A DNA stretch of 64,000 nucleotides from a virus (lineage: Duplodnaviria > Caudoviricetes). How positions within the stretch are numbered: the first letter of the stretch is position 1; each line of letters starts with the position of its first letter. The stretch covers positions 32,001 through 96,000 of IMG/VR virus record IMGVR_UViG_3300012979_000027; one strand, 5' to 3'. The notes beneath the pieces are model-generated. The model searched no databases. It was not told the origin of the DNA and saw nothing but the letters and a program-made list of their open reading frames with translations. Below, piece by piece: positions 46,339-57,185 of the stretch. A program made the position numbers and the translations under genes.

Positions 46339-48132
46339 ATGATGGCAACAAATATTTCAGCTACAAATATGCTTAACAGTTATGCATTATTCAATGCAAC
46401 TGATATAAAAAAATTTATAATTGACCAATTAAAAGCTAATGAGAATAACCCTTTAAAGGATGCGGATTATCTAGGCTCAAATATTAATGCCTTTATTGAT
46501 ATTATAGCTGTAATGCTTCAACAACTTTTATTTTCATACTCAGTAAATGCTTCAGAAACTTCGTTTTCTACAGCATTACTATATGAAAATATGTCACGAA
46601 TTGTATCGTTATTAAATTATAAATCAGTAGGTAAACAGACATCTATTTTGCCGGTTCGTTTTACTATTCACAGAGAATCCACGAATACAGAAAATCCAGA
46701 AGAAGTAACAATTCCTAAATTTTTAAATACTTCATATAATTATACATATACTTTATTAAACGAAGAACTTGCAATAATTCCAAAGAATGCTGAATATGTT
46801 GAATTAGATACTATTCTTTATCAAGGAAAAGTTCATGAATCCGAAGTATTTGTTGCCAATGGCGATGATTTCGAATTAATCAATATAGTTGATAATTTTA
46901 TTAAATCTTCTGATAATGTATTCATCTCGGATAATTTTTTTACTGTTTATGTAAATGAAGATGGAACTGAAGATGGAACGTGGGTAGAATATGAAGAAAC
47001 TTCAAGCCTTTTTCTTGAAAATGCCGATGCTCCAAAATATGAACGTAGATTTAATGAAGATTTAGGTTACGAATTTAAATTTGGTAATGGAACTTATGGA
47101 AAAAAATTAAAAAAAGGTAGCAAAATACTTATATATTATCTTGTTTCAGATGGAGAAGTTGCTCAAATTGGTAATGAAGTTCTTGAAGGAAGATATGTGA
47201 CTGAATTTTCATCTACTAATTTTAAATTAATGCCTAATTCTAAAACTATAAAATTAAAAAATAATATTATAGTTAAAAATACTGGACCATCTACTCCAGT
47301 ATCATATCCAGAATCTGTAACTTCCATCCGAAAAAATGCTCCTAAAGTTTTTTCTTCACAAGGACGATTATTTTCCTTAAGCGATTATAATTCTTTTATT
47401 AATAGATATTTTTCTTCATATATTAAAGATGTGTATTTTTGTAATAATGACACTTTTTCTAAACAATATATAAAATATTATTATGATTTAGGGTTAGACT
47501 CTCCGCAAAAAGATAGTAGATTATCATTAGCTCAGGTTAATTTTATGACTGCTGCAAATTTCAATAATATCTATTGTTTTTTGGTACCATCTGTTAATAC
47601 TATTATAGATAGCAAGATACCTAATTATCTCAATTCTGCTCTAAAAAAACAAATAACGAATAAAGCAGAACCTCAAATGGGTATTACTCACAATTTAGTT
47701 ATAATGGACCCTATATATAAAGCATTTACATTTGCTTCATCTAATTTAGATAGCTCAATATTTGATTCAAAACAATTAAACAATAAATTGATTTTAGTTA
47801 AAGACCCGAATTCTAAGTATTCGTATAATTTTGTAAAAAAATATTGTATAGATAATTTAAAAACATATTTTAATAATTTAAAACTTGGAGCTATTTTAAA
47901 TGTTACTGATATAGCACAAGTAATTATGACATCACCCGGTGTCAAAAATTTTTATATTAAAGATGAAAACGGAAATATTGATAACAAACTAATATTATTT
48001 GTATGGAATCCTCTTTATAAAAATGAAGATAATAGTATAGTTTCTCAAATTTATAAATGTAAAGAATTTGAATACCCTTATTTTTACGACCTTAATAATA
48101 TAAGCAATTTAATTGAAGTAATAGATGAATAA
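46339..48132 (+). CDS. baseplate wedge subunit (T4 gp6-like)
   Basis: DxDYLGSNI..ETSFSTA, FGNGxYGK, ESxxSIRKNAP..Q.R...DY. Confidence 0.85.
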   Translation: MMATNISATNMLNSYALFNATDIKKFIIDQLKANENNPLKDADYLGSNINAFIDIIAVMLQQLLFSYSVNASETSFSTALLYENMSRIVSLLNYKSVGKQTSILPVRFTIHRESTNTENPEEVTIPKFLNTSYNYTYTLLNEELAIIPKNAEYVELDTILYQGKVHESEVFVANGDDFELINIVDNFIKSSDNVFISDNFFTVYVNEDGTEDGTWVEYEETSSLFLENADAPKYERRFNEDLGYEFKFGNGTYGKKLKKGSKILIYYLVSDGEVAQIGNEVLEGRYVTEFSSTNFKLMPNSKTIKLKNNIIVKNTGPSTPVSYPESVTSIRKNAPKVFSSQGRLFSLSDYNSFINRYFSSYIKDVYFCNNDTFSKQYIKYYYDLGLDSPQKDSRLSLAQVNFMTAANFNNIYCFLVPSVNTIIDSKIPNYLNSALKKQITNKAEPQMGITHNLVIMDPIYKAFTFASSNLDSSIFDSKQLNNKLILVKDPNSKYSYNFVKKYCIDNLKTYFNNLKLGAILNVTDIAQVIMTSPGVKNFYIKDENGNIDNKLILFVWNPLYKNEDNSIVSQIYKCKEFEYPYFYDLNNISNLIEVIDE

Positions 48133-50422
48133 AATGACAGACAATTATTATATAGAAATCTATGATACTATTTTAGATAGAAAATTAACTGATGATGATT
48201 TTTTATTTAATTTTGAAGGTCATAAAATTAAAGTCTCTTTAAAGTATAATAATAAATCATATAATAATGATATAGTTTGGAACTTTAATGATGGAACTAT
48301 TACTTCTGAAAGAGAACCGCTCCACTATTATGAATTGCCCGGATTATATGATATTTCCGCATCTTTTTATATATTAGAATCAGACAAACTGGCACTAAAA
48401 ACAGTAACTACTTCTATATTAGTAAAAGAAATAGTTCCAACCGAACTTTCATTTTTAAATAAAGAAAATATTAAAGACAAATTACCTATATCTAAAATTA
48501 GTAAATTAAGTAAGTTACAAATAACTTTAGGTAGTAATATTATAAGTGAACCCAAAATTTCTGCAATTCGTATTTTTGAAAATGAATCTGAAGCTAATTT
48601 AGAAAAAAATTATTTTGAAATAAAAGATATACCACGTTATCATTTAGAAAAATATTACACTTTTTTAGAAAATATCGATTCATATAATAAAGATAAAAAT
48701 TTTATATCAAACTTTTTGTCGCCAACAAATAGTTTTACACCTGTTTATAATAAATTATATGCTAGATTAACTAAAGATGAAAATGATAAAATAAAGCCAG
48801 AATTTTATATTCTTAATAATGATGAATTAATTGAATATAACTTTTCATATTATAATGATAAAGACGGCAATAGAAATAATGCTAATCTTAAAATTATAAA
48901 TGATTTAGATAAGATGCCATCAAATTGTTATGAAGTTGGCAAAATAGCCCACGTAAATATTTGGTATAAAAATGATTTTATAGGTTCTGAGAATAATTTA
49001 ATTTTTAAAATAGATAAGAAAACATTAAAAATAAAAAATGAATCTAGTTTAAATGAAAGTTACTTAAATATTCCTCCTCTTGGCCTAACAGTAAATATGG
49101 AATTTCCTAATGAAGAAGAAAATATTTTATTTCCTGCTTTAACACTTAATGGAATTTATTCTAAAAATAATACAAAAAGAATTAGTAATGAAATCATTTG
49201 CGAAAATCATTTTATTCATAGTTTTTATAAAAATTATGAAACTAGAGGATATTTTGCATATTTTATAGAAAATGATAGTTCAGATAAAAATAATAAATCT
49301 TTTAGTTTATTAAAAGATGATAATATATTAAAGAATAAAGAAATAAAAACAAATAATACGGATTACATAGTTATTGCAGATATAAAAAAGGATGAAGAAA
49401 AAAATAAAAAATTTTACAAATATTATTCATTTAAACCGCTAAAACCTAATTTTTCGCTTTATCTTGAAAATACAAATGATAATACATCCACTGTTTTCTA
49501 TACTAATGAAGAATTAATTGATTATAAACAATTGATTCTTCCATCCGAAAAAATTTCGAATATAGATGTTAATAAAATATTAGATACTTATATGCAACAT
49601 CCTTTATTTGAAAATAAAACTAATTTAAAAAATATTCTTTTAGATATTTTTAAAAATATAATACCTTATATTACTACAAAAAGTTCTAGCTTTTTAGATG
49701 ATAAAGTAAATTATAAAACATGCTATATTGATGACCTTGATGCAATTTTCAAAATGTTAGATATTAACATTAAAGAGTTTTCTTTAAATTCATTCAATAA
49801 GATAAATGAATTTAAAGATTTATTACGTATAATATCTATGAATTATAGCAATATATTTGGAAATTACATTTTAGATAATCATGATATATCTATAACACCT
49901 ATAACAAAAGGTAAAAATGTAGGTAAAAAAATAGATATAAATGAAGATATATGGTGTGATGAAAATTATAATATTATTGGCATTGGCACTGACAAAAACG
50001 GAAATATAAAAGAAAATTACGCTGATGACGCTATACCGTTTTTGATAGTTAAAGACAATTATACATCTAAAACATTTTGTATATCTTTTAACAAAAATAT
50101 TTTTAAAAATCAAAATATTAAAAAAATTAAATTAATAGATTATGATATTTCATGGGGATGGCCTTTAAATTTACCGTCTGAGCTATTTGGTTCTACGGGA
50201 CAATATAAAAAAAATATATTTGAAAATTATTACTCCTTTTATCTGTTTAAAAAAACTGAAGATTATATACGCAAATATAATTTTATAGCTGATACCACTA
50301 TTCCAAAAAGTAAAGAATCCTTAGAAAAACAGATTACTGTAGAAGAGTGGGAAAAAGATTTTGGATTTGTATATGACTGTATAATAAAATTGCTAATATC
50401 AAAATTAATAGATAATAAATAA
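48125..50422 (+). CDS. baseplate-associated protein with N-terminal PKD-like domain
   Basis: WNFNDGT..P.HYYELPGLY. Confidence 0.6.
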   Translation: MNKMTDNYYIEIYDTILDRKLTDDDFLFNFEGHKIKVSLKYNNKSYNNDIVWNFNDGTITSEREPLHYYELPGLYDISASFYILESDKLALKTVTTSILVKEIVPTELSFLNKENIKDKLPISKISKLSKLQITLGSNIISEPKISAIRIFENESEANLEKNYFEIKDIPRYHLEKYYTFLENIDSYNKDKNFISNFLSPTNSFTPVYNKLYARLTKDENDKIKPEFYILNNDELIEYNFSYYNDKDGNRNNANLKIINDLDKMPSNCYEVGKIAHVNIWYKNDFIGSENNLIFKIDKKTLKIKNESSLNESYLNIPPLGLTVNMEFPNEEENILFPALTLNGIYSKNNTKRISNEIICENHFIHSFYKNYETRGYFAYFIENDSSDKNNKSFSLLKDDNILKNKEIKTNNTDYIVIADIKKDEEKNKKFYKYYSFKPLKPNFSLYLENTNDNTSTVFYTNEELIDYKQLILPSEKISNIDVNKILDTYMQHPLFENKTNLKNILLDIFKNIIPYITTKSSSFLDDKVNYKTCYIDDLDAIFKMLDINIKEFSLNSFNKINEFKDLLRIISMNYSNIFGNYILDNHDISITPITKGKNVGKKIDINEDIWCDENYNIIGIGTDKNGNIKENYADDAIPFLIVKDNYTSKTFCISFNKNIFKNQNIKKIKLIDYDISWGWPLNLPSELFGSTGQYKKNIFENYYSFYLFKKTEDYIRKYNFIADTTIPKSKESLEKQITVEEWEKDFGFVYDCIIKLLISKLIDNK

Positions 50423-50428
50423 AATAAT

Positions 50429-52495
50429 ATGGAAAGTTCATTAAAAAATCTATATTCTATTATTAATAATAAGCTTGATGCTAAAGATAATGAACGTTCA
50501 TTTACATTTATTGAATTTATTAAAGAATTTGGTTTTGAAAATTCTCCATATTCATTTTTAAATTACTATAAAAATTATCTTACAGAATGGTCTAAAACAA
50601 AAGAATTATATTTCAATTCATCAGATAATGATATAGTTAAAGAATCACTAATAAATACATTAAAGTCTATTATTCTTACATATTCTTCATATGAAGAACA
50701 AGATTTTATTGCTAATTTAAATTGGAATAATGAAGATGATAAAATAGCAATTATACCATTTTTTGCAGAAAAAATTAAAAATATTTGTGATTTTTATAAA
50801 ATTAAACGACAAGAAATACCTTTAACTATTAATAAAAATAATATTAAAGGTTCTAGAACTTCATTAGAACAAATAATTTTTGATAAAATTATTGACTTTT
50901 ATTTAGAAAATAAAAATTTAGCTCCACAGATAGAGGAAATTAAAAAAAATTTAAATATAACATTAGAACAATATATAGATTTATATTCCGATTATTTTGA
51001 TATACCTAATTCAATTAAAATTAATTCTGCTAACACTAAATCTAACGATTTTCTTAATATTGCTATTGCAGATGATAATTATGAAACGGCAAATATAAAT
51101 GTTCCTGATTATAAAGATTATGTAAAATTAAATGAAACTATTAGTAATATTTTATTTGATGGTAATACATTTTTAGAGGAAATACCACTTATTGCACAAA
51201 TTGGATTAGATTTTAATCAACATTGTGTAGGCGATGTTGCATTATTAAGAGATAAATTACTTAATGAAAGTACATCAAATTTAATATCTTTAAATGACCA
51301 AATTTCTATACGCCGTAAATTATATGAAAAATATTTAGGATGCGATTTATATTATATATATTGTGAATCTCCAAATAATATTTTTATAGATGTACTTACC
51401 AAAGCTGAAAATCCTTCGGGAAATCTTTTAAATGCAAAAATGGCAAGTGCCGCCATTATAGAACCAAAAAATATAAATGAAAATTTAAAATTATTATCTC
51501 AAATAGGTTTATTTTTTAAACCCGATAAAATAGGAATATTAAAAATAAATTCTGATAATTTTACATGGAAAATTGATAGTTCTAAACTTCAAAGTAATAC
51601 ATTTTATGTTTTTCCCGATCCAAATAAATATGGAGATATTGGTAATAATAAATCAATAGATTATCCTTTAATTTATGAATTTAAGTTAGATAGTTATATT
51701 AAAAATCTATCTTCTGGTAAAGCTAAAAATGAGCCATTAGTTCATTTAGCTGCAACGTCTTTAAATACATATTATTCAAATCAAGATAGAGATTTTATTC
51801 TTAATAATAATAAAAATTATGATTATTCCTTTACTAGTGTTGAAGATAAAGGAGATTTAATTAATTATCAAACAGATATATTTGCTAATGAGTATGGATT
51901 ATTTTATGATAGTAACAATAATACATATAATTTATTAGTAAAACAAAATAATGAAATCAAAAATTTTTCTGAAGTATCTGATAAATCTTTTGTTGATGAC
52001 AAATTAATTATTAAAAATTATGGTATTTTTAATGAAATATTAATTATAGAAGGTGAAAATGAATTCAAATCAAAAATATATTTTTATAAAATATTGCCTA
52101 ATAATTACAAAAATATTAAAGAGTTAGAAATAAGCGAAAATTCAAAATATAAAATATTATATAATGAAACTAAAAATATATTAATTGTAGCAAATCTTTA
52201 TAAAAATTCATTAGATTTAATTTTAAATCTTTATAATTTTGATATATTATCAGAAAAATTAACAAATATATTTTATGGAAAAAAATTACCATTTAATAAT
52301 GAGCTAAGTAGTAATTTGGAAATAGATAACTTTGTATTTACATATAATAATCAATTAGATAAATATCTTCTCATTTGTCCATTTTATAGTCTTGATAAGT
52401 TTCATCTTTATCAATATCAATTTAAATTAAATAGTAAAGAAATATTTGAATCAACTTTAAAAAGCGAATTAATTAAATTAGATAAAAATGGCTAA
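50429..52495 (+). CDS. baseplate/structural protein, hypothetical
   Basis: Long ORF in baseplate operon. Confidence 0.6.
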   Translation: MESSLKNLYSIINNKLDAKDNERSFTFIEFIKEFGFENSPYSFLNYYKNYLTEWSKTKELYFNSSDNDIVKESLINTLKSIILTYSSYEEQDFIANLNWNNEDDKIAIIPFFAEKIKNICDFYKIKRQEIPLTINKNNIKGSRTSLEQIIFDKIIDFYLENKNLAPQIEEIKKNLNITLEQYIDLYSDYFDIPNSIKINSANTKSNDFLNIAIADDNYETANINVPDYKDYVKLNETISNILFDGNTFLEEIPLIAQIGLDFNQHCVGDVALLRDKLLNESTSNLISLNDQISIRRKLYEKYLGCDLYYIYCESPNNIFIDVLTKAENPSGNLLNAKMASAAIIEPKNINENLKLLSQIGLFFKPDKIGILKINSDNFTWKIDSSKLQSNTFYVFPDPNKYGDIGNNKSIDYPLIYEFKLDSYIKNLSSGKAKNEPLVHLAATSLNTYYSNQDRDFILNNNKNYDYSFTSVEDKGDLINYQTDIFANEYGLFYDSNNNTYNLLVKQNNEIKNFSEVSDKSFVDDKLIIKNYGIFNEILIIEGENEFKSKIYFYKILPNNYKNIKELEISENSKYKILYNETKNILIVANLYKNSLDLILNLYNFDILSEKLTNIFYGKKLPFNNELSSNLEIDNFVFTYNNQLDKYLLICPFYSLDKFHLYQYQFKLNSKEIFESTLKSELIKLDKNG

Positions 52496-53000
52496 TATAG
52501 ACCTTACTAATATTATTAAAAAACGATATAATTTATCATCTCCTGTAGACTCAGATATAAATTTAAATAAAATACTAAAGGAAGATATTTTATATTCAGA
52601 TATAAATGATTTAAAGCCCGAAATATATAATACTCCCAGTTTAGCAGCTGATAAAGATTATAAAGATATTTCATTACTTACCAATGAAAAAAGTGTTTTA
52701 AATTCGGTTAAAAATATTTTAACTACTCAATTTTGTAGCAGACTTTTGAACCCTGAAATAGAATTAGACCTTAGAAAGTATTTGTTTGAAACTTTAAGTG
52801 AATCAAAGGCTTATTTTTTAGGATATGAAATTTCTACATATCTTCCTTTATATGAACCCCGCATTAAAATAAAAAAGATAAAAATTTTAACACATTATAC
52901 CTCAGATAGTTATACAATAGAATTATCTCTTTATATTCCATCTTTAGATAAAAATGTTAATCTAAAATCTACTTTAGATATTGATGGATTTACATTTTAA
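52488..53000 (+). CDS. baseplate wedge protein (gp25/GPW-like)
   Basis: NEKSVLNSVKNILTT..RLLNPE..YLFE..YEPRI. Confidence 0.85.
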   Translation: MANIDLTNIIKKRYNLSSPVDSDINLNKILKEDILYSDINDLKPEIYNTPSLAADKDYKDISLLTNEKSVLNSVKNILTTQFCSRLLNPEIELDLRKYLFETLSESKAYFLGYEISTYLPLYEPRIKIKKIKILTHYTSDSYTIELSLYIPSLDKNVNLKSTLDIDGFTF

Positions 53001-53015
53001 AATTTAAAATATTTT

Positions 53016-53237
53016 ATGAAATTAACTTATGATTCTTATATTTCCGCATTAAGTGCATTTTACCAAGCAGCACTTGCATGGAAAAATGCAAATGATGCAA
53101 ATAGCGAAACAAAAGATACAAATTTGAAACTATTAAAAGAAAAAGCTAAAATTCTGCAAGAAGAATTAAAAAAATTACCAAGTAGTATGGTTAGACCTAT
53201 GGTTTTAGAACATATAGAAAAAGCCCTAAATTTATAG
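53016..53237 (+). CDS. small helical hypothetical protein
   Basis: ORF. Confidence 0.6.
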   Translation: MKLTYDSYISALSAFYQAALAWKNANDANSETKDTNLKLLKEKAKILQEELKKLPSSMVRPMVLEHIEKALNL

Positions 53238-54173
53238 GGCTTTAATTAATTTAAAAAGACATGCAAAAGCATTAATTTCCGGGTCTATAACTTCTTCAAA
53301 TCTATAAAGATAATCTGCAATCGTTATAGTCCAATTTGGCTTAATTTCATCATCTACTAAGTCTGAATCTATGATAAGATGATAAAAATCGCTGAGGAAA
53401 GAAGCATAATCATTATTAAATGCTGATTCATTTGAAATAATATATTCTCGAAGAGCAAGATGGTTCTTTTCAAGAACTAAATCAAGTACCTTTTTAATAA
53501 AAATTGAATCAACACTAAAATCCTTTAACTTTAAAACCCCATCAAATACACAAGATTGAATATTCTTAATAATAGAGCGTATATCTGGATATAGACGTTC
53601 AATAAGGCTCTTCAACTTAGGAAGTTCACGCTCGGCATCAATTTTAATATTTTCTGCTTTTAGAATCTGCATAACACGTTTTACAACACCATTCTTTGGT
53701 GGAGTAATATCAATAAACTTGCATCGAGAACGAATTGCATCATGAATTCTATTTTTATGATTTGCAGTAATAATAAATCGAGTATTATCTGATACCTCTT
53801 CCATTAATGCACGAAGAATACGCTGAGCTTGCGCATTAGCAAAACCATCAGCTTCATCGAGAATTACTATCTTAAACTTCCCATTTGAAGAAAGAGTTCG
53901 AGAAAAACCGGTAATCTTAGTTCGAACTACTTCTACATTATTTTCATCAGAAGCATTAACATACAATGTGTCGCATTGAAAAATATTATAAGCTAAAAGT
54001 TTAGCAAGTGAAGTCTTACCTTGTCCAGGGCGAGAACAAAGAAAGATATTATCTATAATATCTTCATTAATGTACTTTTCGACAAGATTGCGGGCTTCAT
54101 CACTAAGCACAATATCGTTAAGAGTTTGTGGACGATATTTTTCTGTCCAATCTGAACTAATTTGATTTAACAT
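53232..54173 (-). CDS. sliding-clamp loader AAA+ subunit (T4 gp44/RFC-like)
   Basis: WTEKYRP, PGQGKTS, NASD, ILDEAD, SRC motifs. Confidence 0.93.
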   Translation of the reverse strand: MLNQISSDWTEKYRPQTLNDIVLSDEARNLVEKYINEDIIDNIFLCSRPGQGKTSLAKLLAYNIFQCDTLYVNASDENNVEVVRTKITGFSRTLSSNGKFKIVILDEADGFANAQAQRILRALMEEVSDNTRFIITANHKNRIHDAIRSRCKFIDITPPKNGVVKRVMQILKAENIKIDAERELPKLKSLIERLYPDIRSIIKNIQSCVFDGVLKLKDFSVDSIFIKKVLDLVLEKNHLALREYIISNESAFNNDYASFLSDFYHLIIDSDLVDDEIKPNWTITIADYLYRFEEVIDPEINAFACLFKLIKAL

Positions 54174-54197
54174 ATTTTTATTGTGTTAAAGTTCTGA
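54174..54197 (-). promoter_or_regulatory. Early-type promoter of clamp loader
   Basis: CAGAAC TTTAA CACAAT AAAAAT ATG. Confidence 0.6.
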
Positions 54198-54223
54198 TAT
54201 AAGCTTTAGATAAATAAAATTAT

Positions 54224-54790
54224 ATGGCAGTAAATCAAACAATTGGTAAATTTATTCAGGTAGCCAGCACTAAAGATTTTGCACGTGATAATCTTTTTCG
54301 TATCATGCAATTAAGTTGTAAAAATCTTACTCTTTCAGAAGAAGATTTAATTTATGCAAAAGGAGGTAAGTTACCTGGACGTAATACACCTGTAAGCGAT
54401 AATGTAAAATATATGGGTATGACTCTTCCTTATTCTAAATCAACAGTAGAATATCCTGGAAATACTGATTATGAAATAGAGTTTTACCTTGATAAAGATT
54501 CTGAACTCGTTCATAAATTCGAACGTGCTTCCCGACAAACATTCAATGATGCAACGACAACAGGCGACTGGCGTTTTCCAAATATTAATGACGTAATGAC
54601 TGTTGCTGCTCTTGATATTAATCTTGAACCTATAGAATATATTACATTTTATGGTGTTAGCTTCATTAAATTTGATGAATTAGATTTTAAAATCGCAGAT
54701 TCTTCAGGTGAAGCAATCACGGTAAAAGCTCATATTTCTTATTTGTATTATAAAAGAACAGGTTCTGATACAGTTTTTGCTGGTAGCTAA
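54224..54790 (+). CDS. tail tube protein (T4 gp19-like)
   Basis: FARxNLFR, KLPGR, YMG, YPG, FYG..F motifs; TATAAATA upstream. Confidence 0.75.
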   Translation: MAVNQTIGKFIQVASTKDFARDNLFRIMQLSCKNLTLSEEDLIYAKGGKLPGRNTPVSDNVKYMGMTLPYSKSTVEYPGNTDYEIEFYLDKDSELVHKFERASRQTFNDATTTGDWRFPNINDVMTVAALDINLEPIEYITFYGVSFIKFDELDFKIADSSGEAITVKAHISYLYYKRTGSDTVFAGS

Positions 54791-54793
54791 AAT

Positions 54794-54826
54794 AAAAGCG
54801 GTGATTTGAATCACCGCTTTTTTTTT
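54794..54826. terminator. Bidirectional intrinsic terminator
   Basis: AAAAGCGGTGATT-TG-AATCACCGCTTTTTTTTT between convergent genes. Confidence 0.8.
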
Positions 54827-54851
54827 ATAAAATATTTTATCAAAAATTATT

Positions 54852-55139
54852 TTAATAATTAATACCCAAATTAACCGGTATTAATTCATCTTCAGCTATT
54901 ATCCCAGTTTCTATAAAAACTTTTACTGTATTGTTAAAATAATTGCAAAAAGTTTCAAATGCATAATCCTCTCCTTGGCGAGCTATTAATGGACGAATAA
55001 ATTTTTGAATAACCGGGTCTTCAAAAACTTTAATTTGACAATCCTGGTTTCCAGGTGAAGCCAATTCAGGATCTTCATTAACCATATCCTGTAATCTATT
55101 TCGAACTTTACTCCAAGCGTGTGCTGTCATCGATGCCAT
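54852..55139 (-). CDS. hypothetical protein
   Basis: ORF. Confidence 0.7.
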   Translation of the reverse strand: MASMTAHAWSKVRNRLQDMVNEDPELASPGNQDCQIKVFEDPVIQKFIRPLIARQGEDYAFETFCNYFNNTVKVFIETGIIAEDELIPVNLGINY

Positions 55140-55141
55140 AA

Positions 55142-55468
55142 TTAATCTTCTATATTATATTCAAACTCAAAATCATTTGTAGAAAGATTATATATATTTC
55201 TATAACTTTCAATAAGACCCCTTAATAGTTGACGATATTTTGTTAAACATTTATTATCCGTATTAGCAAAAAGAAGAGCCTCACAAAGATAACGATTTAC
55301 TTTCTTAGAAAAATAATTTTTATAAATTCCTTTAGTTTCAAAGGAAATAACTTCTGATAGCGCTTTATCAAAGGCATTGGCGCAATTTTGTAAACCACTT
55401 TCAAGAAGGTAATCTTTCATTTCAGAAAGCACAACTAATCCTTTTTTATCAAATGAATTATGCATCAT
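55142..55468 (-). CDS. hypothetical protein
   Basis: ORF. Confidence 0.7.
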   Translation of the reverse strand: MMHNSFDKKGLVVLSEMKDYLLESGLQNCANAFDKALSEVISFETKGIYKNYFSKKVNRYLCEALLFANTDNKCLTKYRQLLRGLIESYRNIYNLSTNDFEFEYNIED

Positions 55469-55488
55469 GATACTTTAATATTTATCAT

Positions 55489-55737
55489 TTAAGAGAAAAA
55501 AATCAAAAAATCAGGCTCTTGATTTAAAAAATTATCTTTTAAATTTATATAGCATTTGAAAAAAAATTTACCAGGTATATTAAAAATTGAGCTGAATTGA
55601 AGATATATTTTATTGTCTTTATCAATATCTAAATCATTTAATTTTTCTAATATTTCATTATAATAATTATCCTGAATTTCTATTGGAGTATCTATAAAAT
55701 ATAAATTATCAATTTCCATCATTTTCTTTATTTTCAT
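55489..55737 (-). CDS. hypothetical protein
   Basis: ORF. Confidence 0.6.
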   Translation of the reverse strand: MKIKKMMEIDNLYFIDTPIEIQDNYYNEILEKLNDLDIDKDNKIYLQFSSIFNIPGKFFFKCYINLKDNFLNQEPDFLIFFS

Positions 55738-55870
55738 TATTTTCTTTATTTCTTAAAATATACCCAGAATAATTACATTCTACACAAGATAATCCGTTTG
55801 ATATAATAGGACAATCAGTTTTACATAAACCTTTACGGCAAACAATTATATATGTATTTTTATTTTTCAT
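55709..55870 (-). CDS. small Cys-rich protein
   Basis: 53-aa ORF MKNKNTYIIVCRKGLCKTDCP..CVEC. Confidence 0.45.
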   Translation of the reverse strand: MKNKNTYIIVCRKGLCKTDCPIISNGLSCVECNYSGYILRNKENNENKENDGN

Positions 55871-55871
55871 A

Positions 55872-56714
55872 TTATAAATCTAGCATATTAGAATTAACAT
55901 GATTTAAGATATTATTAGACTTAGATTTTTCATTTTGTTTTTCTTTATCTTCTATAAAATTTTTATATAAAATAGTAGTTTCTAAAGGTGTCATCTTTAA
56001 AAAATCTGACCAACTTACTTTTATATAATGAGTCACCAAATATTGCATATTATAAAAATTATCCAATAAATCTTTATATATATATGCAATAGAATAAAAA
56101 ATATTAGAAGATAAAATATTTTCAGTTATATCATTAGTATCGGGAATATCTTTTGTAATATCTACTTCTAATGAAAAATTTTTAATAATTTCATTATTAA
56201 GATTATTTAATAATTTAGTAGAAGTAACATTTCTTAAAGATTCGATATTTTCTGAAGATACATTAATTTTTTCTATACTACGCAACGAAGATAAAAAATC
56301 AATAATAATAGTATTATTATCATCAAATATTAAATTAATAGGATAATGTATTTTAGAATTCCAATTATGAAAAATATATGATTTACTTTTTTTCTTATAT
56401 TTTGATTCAAGCGAATCTAACATTATGTTTAATGATACTTCTACATTATCAAATTTTTCAGACTTTAAAGATATTGAAGTTCTTACTGAATAAAAATAAT
56501 AAGCTATATAGATATAAGCTTTATCGCAAATATCTAAAGATTTAAATTCGGGAATAGAATCTACTAAAAGAGCGTCTAAAGCATTATAAAAACCTTTAAA
56601 ATTATTTCCATTTAAAAATTTTAATAATATTAAATAATTTTCATTTGTTAATTCTTTTAAATTGAATTCTTTTCCACTTGGAACTGTCAGGTAATTGTAA
56701 TATTCTATTTTTAT
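55872..56714 (-). CDS. baseplate hub assembly protein (T4 gp26-like), probable ATA start
   Basis: Frame open 97 codons upstream of annotated ATG (YLTVPSGKEFNLKELT..LL); ATA sits at leaderless position of motif promoter; C-terminal W.DF..MTP.E. Confidence 0.65.
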   Translation of the reverse strand: MKIEYYNYLTVPSGKEFNLKELTNENYLILLKFLNGNNFKGFYNALDALLVDSIPEFKSLDICDKAYIYIAYYFYSVRTSISLKSEKFDNVEVSLNIMLDSLESKYKKKSKSYIFHNWNSKIHYPINLIFDDNNTIIIDFLSSLRSIEKINVSSENIESLRNVTSTKLLNNLNNEIIKNFSLEVDITKDIPDTNDITENILSSNIFYSIAYIYKDLLDNFYNMQYLVTHYIKVSWSDFLKMTPLETTILYKNFIEDKEKQNEKSKSNNILNHVNSNMLDL

Positions 56715-56754
56715 AATATTATTTTATCATAGTTCTGAGAAAATAAATAAAGTT

Positions 56755-57183
56755 ATGCTTATTAAAGATATTTTAATTCTGTTAAAAGAATATAATTCAT
56801 CTAAAACAAATACTACTTTATCTTATAGTGGCGGTAAAAAAGCTTCAGGAAAAAATTATGATAATATTATAACAGGTAAAACAAAGCCATATAAAAATAA
56901 TGAATATGAAACAAAATATGCAAAAGTATTTCCTGCTCTTGCAGAAATGGTTAAAAAACTAAAATCTAATGCTATTAAAGGAGATATAATTGTAACGGGT
57001 CCTGCATTAATAGAACTTCAAAATTTGCTAAAAGCATATAGGCCCAAAGAAACAGTTGATGGTAACTATTCTTTACCATTTGGAGATAATATTCAGATGA
57101 AATACAAAGCTAATAATATTTTTATAGGATATAACAAACCTGATAAATTAAATTCTCCGACATCTCTTGATATAACAAAATAA
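56755..57183 (+). CDS. hypothetical late protein
   Basis: TAAATA motif upstream. Confidence 0.7.
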   Translation: MLIKDILILLKEYNSSKTNTTLSYSGGKKASGKNYDNIITGKTKPYKNNEYETKYAKVFPALAEMVKKLKSNAIKGDIIVTGPALIELQNLLKAYRPKETVDGNYSLPFGDNIQMKYKANNIFIGYNKPDKLNSPTSLDITK

Positions 57184-57185
57184 TT

